DNA of 64,000 nucleotides from Streptosporangiaceae bacterium (GTDB lineage Bacteria; Actinomycetota; Actinomycetes; Streptosporangiales; Streptosporangiaceae): NCBI GenBank assembly GCA_036490795.1, contig DASXDG010000405.1, positions 9,933 to 73,932 of the forward strand, read 5' to 3'. Shown piece by piece: positions 58,816 to 64,000 of this stretch (position 1 is its first letter; each line of letters starts with the position of its first letter). The notes under the pieces were generated by a model. It saw only the letters and a program-made list of their open reading frames with translations, ran no database searches and was not told where the DNA came from. The position numbers and the translations under genes were made by a program.

Positions 58816-59886
58816 TCACGCGGTCTTGGTCGCGCACAGGATGGCCTGTACGGGGATGACGTCCGGCGGGATGTCAGCGGCATCCTTGGTGACCACCTTG
58901 GTGACCACGAACCCGCACTCTTCCAGCCAGTTCCGGTACGCCGACAGCTTCTGCGGTCCGCCCTGACCCATGGTGCAGCCGAGAAAGAAGGCCGGGAAGA
59001 AATCGACGTTGTAGTTGCTCGAGTCTTTGATGTCCTCGGGATATACCGGCACCAGGATGTGTACCTGCCCGCCGGCGTCCAGCGACCCGTTGACGGCTGC
59101 CAGGATCCTGCACACGTCTTCCTTGTCGAACATGTCCAGGAAGTGCTTGATCAGGACGACATCGAATCCCTTGGGGATTTCATCGAAGACGTCGCCGCCG
59201 ATGAACGAGCATTGCTCGTCCACGCCGTGGGTGCTGAAGTTCCGCAGGCACTCTTCTTTCTTTTCCGGCAGGTCGAAGGTGGTCACCCGGAGGCCGGGAG
59301 AGGGCTTCAGCTGACAGGCGTGAATCGCGCCGAGGCCGGTGTTCCCGGCGAGATCGAGCACCCGCGCCCCGGATGGCATGTCGATGCTGCCGAAAAACCA
59401 GGGATCAACGCGGGCGGTGACGGCGTCCATCAACGTCGCCCAGGACTCGCGCAAGTCCCTGTGTTCGGCCACGGCGCCATAGAGGGTTCCTCCGGATCCG
59501 TAGAGCTCTTTCAGGCCGATGAGGGTGCCGGTCCGCACGCTGCCGGTGAGGTAGAACAACTGCCTGAGCGCGACCACCTTGATCATGTTCATGTAGGTGA
59601 GCGCGCGCTGCAGGTCGGCCTTGGCGACGTCGGCGAGCGCGTCCAGGGCGTACCCGCCGGTTGCTTCGTCGTACCCGACGAAGCCCTCCTTGACCAGCAG
59701 GTGCAGTAGCTGCTCCACGGCATCCGGCTTGGCGCCGACGGCAGCGCCGAGCTTGGTGGCGGTCATGCCGGGAGTCTCGCGTAGCGCGTCGACGATGCCG
59801 AGCTCGAAGCAGGACAGCAGGGTCATGAAGCGGGAGGGTCCCACCATGTATTCGCGGAATCGTGCGAGTGTTAGTTCTGATGTCAT
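58816..59886 (-). CDS. SAM-dependent O-methyltransferase (COMT-like, with N-terminal dimerisation/winged-helix domain)
   Basis: A winged-helix N-domain (LGIVDAL...TATKLGAAVGAKPDAVEQLLHLLVKEGFV) is followed by the SAM motif VLDLAGNTG. Confidence 0.75.
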   Translation of the reverse strand: MTSELTLARFREYMVGPSRFMTLLSCFELGIVDALRETPGMTATKLGAAVGAKPDAVEQLLHLLVKEGFVGYDEATGGYALDALADVAKADLQRALTYMNMIKVVALRQLFYLTGSVRTGTLIGLKELYGSGGTLYGAVAEHRDLRESWATLMDAVTARVDPWFFGSIDMPSGARVLDLAGNTGLGAIHACQLKPSPGLRVTTFDLPEKKEECLRNFSTHGVDEQCSFIGGDVFDEIPKGFDVVLIKHFLDMFDKEDVCRILAAVNGSLDAGGQVHILVPVYPEDIKDSSNYNVDFFPAFFLGCTMGQGGPQKLSAYRNWLEECGFVVTKVVTKDAADIPPDVIPVQAILCATKTA

Positions 59887-61463
59887 TGCTTCTCCAGTCG
59901 TTCTTGGAGGCGGCGCGAAAGCTCGATGCGCTGTACCTTCAGCGTCGCGGTGCGAGGCAGTTCGGCCAGCGGGACCTGGATGGGGTCGGCGAGCATGGGC
60001 AGGTCAGCGACGGCCGATCGCCAGCGGTCTAGGTCAAGCGGCTGGTCCCGGGTAGTGCAGATCACCGGGATCGGCTCGGACCGCGGGCCTGGCACGACGA
60101 CGATCTCGTTCAGTTCGGCCAGCCTGCTCATCACCAGGTCCTCGATCTCCAGGGTGCTGCCCACCCCGGGGATCACGTCCACTTCCCGGTCGAGCATGTG
60201 CAGGCAGCCGAACCGGCTGCGGTACCCGACGTCGCCCATCCGCCACCAGCCGTCGTGCATGTTGTCGTCGAATTTGTCCTGCTCGCCCAAGTAGCTGTGC
60301 AGTAGGGCCTTCCACCTGACCTCGATGAAACCGGGATTGGCCTTAGTTGGCCGCGCGCCATCCCGGCTCGCCACGCGGACCCGCGGGCCACCCAGCATCG
60401 GGTAACCCACGCAGCGACCATCCATCCGGCGAGCTGACCTGCGGAAGTACGGTCGCGCGATGGCCGGGCCGACCTCGCTCTGCCCGTAGATCTGGAAGAA
60501 CAGCGGCACGCGGCGCTGTGACGACTCGAGCAGCCGGCTGATCGTCCGGGGGTGGATCGCGTCGAAGGTGCTGCTGAAGTACTTCACCGAGGCGAACGGC
60601 CGCCGCGGGTCGTTGGCGAGTTCCTCCCAGGCCAGGAACGAGTTGGGCAGCGCCTCGATCAGGCCCGGCCGGTGCCTGGCGAAGAACCCGGCGACGTGGT
60701 CAGGATCGGGGTTGTTCACCAGCAGCACCGGCATCGCCTTGTACAGGCACAGCGCCATCGCCGCGAAATTCCGCGAGTGTCCGAAGGGGATGTGGATGGC
60801 GACGGTCTCGCGTTTGCGCATCAATGCCAGCAGGATCAGTTGCGGTCGCAACCGGATGCGCATGGTCCGCGGGGTATGGACTACTAGCTTGGGCAGACCG
60901 GTAGTCCCGGACGTGTGGGTAATCATGACCGGCTCGTCCAGACCATGGAAAACCGGCTGAACCGGCGGCGACCCGGCCAGTGCGGACAGCGACACCGCCT
61001 CCGGACTCGACCCGGCCACGACGATCACCTGCCGGACGAGCTCTGCCAGCGGCACCCCGCCCAGCGCCTCAAGCCGGTCAGCGTCGGTCAGCAGCTGCGG
61101 CCGGTCCAGCCGGCCGAGCAAGGCCCCGATCGTCGCGCCGGGCAGGTGATGCGACAGCAGCACAGGAACCGCGCCCAGACGCGCCGTCGCGGTAGCGAGC
61201 ACCCACACGTCGAAATTAGGTGCCTTGCAGATCACGACGCGCTCTCCCGGCCGGACCCCGGCCGCTCGCAGCCGGCCCGCCAGGTCGTCCACGTGGCCAG
61301 CCAGCTCGGCGACTGTCAGCCGCCGCCCAGCCTCGGGGAGGACGTCCAGGTCATGATCGAGAGTGAGCAGCGTCGAGCTGTTCCTTGCCGCGGCCACCTC
61401 CGGCACCATGCCGATATAAAGCCAACGCTTCCGCATCCGCCTGCGGATCACTGAGCTGTTCAC
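59883..61463 (-). CDS. AMP-binding adenylate-forming enzyme (acyl/aryl-CoA ligase-like)
   Basis: The core motif ITHTSGTTGLPKLVVHT is present, with YGQSE and GWWRMGDVG downstream. I place the start at GTG 61463, 9 nt after a GGGAGG ribosome-binding site (the tracked ORF extends to 61574). Confidence 0.75.
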   Translation of the reverse strand: MNSSVIRRRMRKRWLYIGMVPEVAAARNSSTLLTLDHDLDVLPEAGRRLTVAELAGHVDDLAGRLRAAGVRPGERVVICKAPNFDVWVLATATARLGAVPVLLSHHLPGATIGALLGRLDRPQLLTDADRLEALGGVPLAELVRQVIVVAGSSPEAVSLSALAGSPPVQPVFHGLDEPVMITHTSGTTGLPKLVVHTPRTMRIRLRPQLILLALMRKRETVAIHIPFGHSRNFAAMALCLYKAMPVLLVNNPDPDHVAGFFARHRPGLIEALPNSFLAWEELANDPRRPFASVKYFSSTFDAIHPRTISRLLESSQRRVPLFFQIYGQSEVGPAIARPYFRRSARRMDGRCVGYPMLGGPRVRVASRDGARPTKANPGFIEVRWKALLHSYLGEQDKFDDNMHDGWWRMGDVGYRSRFGCLHMLDREVDVIPGVGSTLEIEDLVMSRLAELNEIVVVPGPRSEPIPVICTTRDQPLDLDRWRSAVADLPMLADPIQVPLAELPRTATLKVQRIELSRRLQERLEKQ

Positions 61464-61619
61464 GGAGACTGCCTCCCTGTTGCGGTGTTCAACGGGCGCG
61501 CTGGACGCATGAGCGGCGATGGTGGCCCACGCGTTTAGGGGGCCTGCGGCGCCGCAGGCCCCGTAAACGGGCACGCCGACATCCGGACGCGTACTCGGTC
61601 CGGTGTTCGCCCAGCTGGG

Positions 61620-63140
61620 TCAGGAGAGTTCTGGCGCGGTCTCCTTGGACGGGCTCTGCGCCGGGGTACCCGCGGGCTCGGGCAGCAGGCCGGAGCGCAG
61701 CAGCAGGGCAGAGATGACGGCGCCCGCCGCGAGGATGGCGGCGCACCACCAGAACACCGTGGTGTAGCCGTGGACCGATGCGAGATGGAGTTGCGCCAGT
61801 GACGGCTGCCCGTGCACGTGGCCGGTCAGCCAGCTGACGGTGGCGGTGGCGGCGATCGTGTTGAGCAGCGCGGTGCCGCTGGCGCCGCCCAACTGCTGGC
61901 CGGCGCTGATGCAGGCGGAGGCTATCCCCGAGTCCTGGGGTGCCACGCCGGAGGTGCCGGTGGTCAGCGCAGCGGCGTAGATGAGGCCCAGGCCGATGCC
62001 GACTATCATGAGCGGCCCGAGCAGGTGCGTCGCGTAGCCAGAGTGCACGCCGATCCCCGCGAGCCAGGCCATGCCGCCCGCACCGACCAGCAGGCCGCCG
62101 CTGATCAGCGGCTTGGGTCCGAACTTCGGCAGCAGCCTGATGGCGCCCGCGGCTGCCCCTACGGTGGTGCACACGACCATCGGCAGCAGGCACAGACCCG
62201 AGATGATGGCCGAGTAACCCCGGACGGTCTGCAGGTAGTAGATGAGGAACAACAAGACGCCGAACATGCCGGTCCCGACGAGCAGCACGGCGAGGTAAGC
62301 CCCGCCGCGGTTGCGGTCGAGAATGATCCGCAGCGGCAGCAGCGGCTGCGCGGCGCGTGTTTGCCAGAACACGAAAATAATCAGCAGCACGACGCCGGCC
62401 GCGAGGAAGATCCATGTCGAAGGCGTATGCCAGCTGTGCGTCGCGGCGTTGGCGAAGCCGTAGACGACACAGAACATCCCGCCCGACGCCAGCAGCACAC
62501 CAGGGATGTCCATCCTGGTGCCGGCCTTGGGCTGCCTGGCCAGCAGCAGCTGGCCACCGACGAGCGCGACCGCGGCGAAGAGCAGGTTGACGTACAGGCA
62601 CCAGCGCCAGTTCAGGGCTGAGGTCAGCGCACCGCCGATGATCAGCCCCAGGCCCGCGCCGCTGGCCACGACTCCGCTGAAGATGCCGAAGGCCTTCGCT
62701 CGTTCGTCCGAGTCGGTGAACGTGGTGGCCAGCAGGGCCAGGCAGGACGGCGCCAGCAGCGCGGCGAAAGCTCCCTGGCAGGCCCGGGCCGTCACCAGCA
62801 TGGCGAAGCTTGTCGAGGCGCCGCCGACGGCGGAGGTGGCCGCGAAGCCGGTCAGTCCGGCGAGGAAGGTGGTCTTGCGGCCGATGCGGTCGGCGAGCCG
62901 CCCGCAGAACAGCATCAGGCTGCCGAATGCCAGCGCGTACGCGGTCACGATCCACTGCCGGTCGGCGTTCGAGAACCCAAGCGCTTTCTGCGCCGACGGA
63001 AGCGCGACGTTCATCACGGTCAGGTCGAGGCCGACCATCAGGTACGCGGTGCAGATGATGGCGAGGATCAGCCACCGCCTCGAGTCCCCGGCGGTCTCTG
63101 AGTTCGGCCCGGTTGCGGGGGCCGCACTTCGCGTTGCCAT
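61620..63140 (-). CDS. MFS transporter, DHA2 (14-TMS EmrB/QacA-like) drug/metabolite exporter
   Basis: It has MNVALPS, GRLADRIGRK (motif A-like) and about 14 hydrophobic segments over 506 aa. Confidence 0.8.
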   Translation of the reverse strand: MATRSAAPATGPNSETAGDSRRWLILAIICTAYLMVGLDLTVMNVALPSAQKALGFSNADRQWIVTAYALAFGSLMLFCGRLADRIGRKTTFLAGLTGFAATSAVGGASTSFAMLVTARACQGAFAALLAPSCLALLATTFTDSDERAKAFGIFSGVVASGAGLGLIIGGALTSALNWRWCLYVNLLFAAVALVGGQLLLARQPKAGTRMDIPGVLLASGGMFCVVYGFANAATHSWHTPSTWIFLAAGVVLLIIFVFWQTRAAQPLLPLRIILDRNRGGAYLAVLLVGTGMFGVLLFLIYYLQTVRGYSAIISGLCLLPMVVCTTVGAAAGAIRLLPKFGPKPLISGGLLVGAGGMAWLAGIGVHSGYATHLLGPLMIVGIGLGLIYAAALTTGTSGVAPQDSGIASACISAGQQLGGASGTALLNTIAATATVSWLTGHVHGQPSLAQLHLASVHGYTTVFWWCAAILAAGAVISALLLRSGLLPEPAGTPAQSPSKETAPELS

Positions 63141-63274
63141 GTCATCTCCTTGTCCGATCAGCGAACTTGCGGACCCTCCCCGTCGGCCCTGTCGCCCTGG
63201 CGTGCTCGTGGCATGGTGTCCCTCCTATTACGACGAAGCAGCCGCCCCGAATGTGAGGCGCGGGACTGTCCTGG

Positions 63275-64000
63275 TCAGTCCTCGACGTCGCCATTGATGT
63301 GCCGCTGCACGAACTCGTAGGCCCGGTCGCCGAACTGCGCGCCCCACACGGCGGACCTCTCGATCGTCGTCAGGAAGTGCACGCCTGCCCACACCCGGCT
63401 GTGACCGCAGTCGTACAGGAACTCAGTCCAGGTGGGCCAGCGCAGTTCGACGTCGTTGGCGGGGGCGAACCCGGGCTCGGTCAGCGACTCGCCGGCGGCG
63501 AAAACATGCGTCCATTCCAGGACGTCATCGCCGAGGAAACGCCGCGCCGCCTGCGCCTCCGCGGCACAGAGCGTGGTGGATCCTGAGGGGTACTCGGGAT
63601 GGTCCGCCACGGGCGGGTAGCTGCGCCACTGGCTGGCCGCGATGTCGTCGACCGTCCCCTTGAAGGGGCCGCCCCAAGCGGTCACCGGGGTGTCGCCGTA
63701 CACGTGCCTGACCGCGCTGAACGGCCGCACCGAGTCATAGACGTTCTTCTGGTACCAGCAGGCGATCAGGTCGTCGAACCGCGCTAGGGAGGTCGTCATG
63801 AACAGGTGACACCAGCCGTCCAGGTCCAGGTCGTGACTCATCGCCGCGGCGCGCGGGGCCAGGGTGATACCCGCCAGCTTGTTGTCGAAGAACTCCACCA
63901 TCACCTTCTGCTCGTCGGTGAGCGCGGCCGACGCGTCCAGGATCTCGTCCACCGATTGCTTGTAGCGGCTGGGATTGGTGTGATCTACGTGGTCCGGCCG
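63275..64000 (-). CDS. PAP2 / vanadium-dependent haloperoxidase superfamily protein (5'-truncated by window edge)
   Basis: The frame stays open to nt 64000 beyond the tracked GTG 63952. The motifs VRPFSAVR, HPEYPSGS and GHSRVWAGVHF resemble the K..RP / PSGH / SR..G.H acid-phosphatase-haloperoxidase signature, but Ser replaces the second-motif His. Confidence 0.5.
   Translation of the reverse strand, partial: RPDHVDHTNPSRYKQSVDEILDASAALTDEQKVMVEFFDNKLAGITLAPRAAAMSHDLDLDGWCHLFMTTSLARFDDLIACWYQKNVYDSVRPFSAVRHVYGDTPVTAWGGPFKGTVDDIAASQWRSYPPVADHPEYPSGSTTLCAAEAQAARRFLGDDVLEWTHVFAAGESLTEPGFAPANDVELRWPTWTEFLYDCGHSRVWAGVHFLTTIERSAVWGAQFGDRAYEFVQRHINGDVED

Overview
High-G+C, gene-dense actinobacterial-type chromosomal segment. 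Hand counts on single 60-nt lines give about 67-68% G+C in housekeeping-type genes. I saw no rRNA, tRNA, CRISPR array, transposase or integrase. The window has three blocks. (1) 1-18.3 kb holds small-molecule metabolism and transport genes: a translationally coupled cyclic amidohydrolase / LLM oxidoreductase / kynureninase trio, a CPA2 antiporter, and a minus-strand operon (Zn-ADH, class I aldolase, TrpD-like, PRTase, PurF-like, NCS1 permease, HisA/PriA-like). It also holds an isochorismatase-family hydrolase, a DMT exporter, an RpiR regulator, a flavin-halogenase-like enzyme, DUF1330, an M20 amidohydrolase and an NTF2-like protein. (2) 18.4-46.4 kb is a complete phage-tail-like extracellular contractile injection system (eCIS, Afp/PVC-like) with no capsid, terminase or lysis genes. 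Its genes are a SARP-type regulator, AAA+ ATPase, DUF4255 cap, two sheaths, two tubes, a small chaperone-like ORF plus an untracked DUF6760-like ORF with no canonical start, and a Pro-rich ruler candidate. These are followed by a LysM tube-initiator, gpD hub, gpV spike, PAAR, gp25, two gpJ/gp6-like wedge proteins, gpI-like protein and a tail fibre with a C-terminal S74-type chaperone domain. Two antisense, lower-G+C DUF4157 cargo genes sit in the locus. The larger (1536 aa) carries Lys/Arg-rich NLS-like tracts, an EEP (DNase I/phosphatase)-like motif set and a clear C-terminal USP-type deubiquitinase domain, which suggests a eukaryote-directed multi-domain effector. (3) 46.7-64 kb holds two giant FtsX-type permeases with no ATPase gene, a secreted protein, an APC permease, an ECF sigma factor, WrbA, and a possible small biosynthetic operon (DUF3050, O-methyltransferase, adenylating enzyme, MFS exporter, PAP2/vanadium-haloperoxidase-like protein). 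A conserved non-coding element of about 85-145 nt occurs in direct orientation at both edges of the eCIS locus, with further copies near 53.0 and 54.5 kb.
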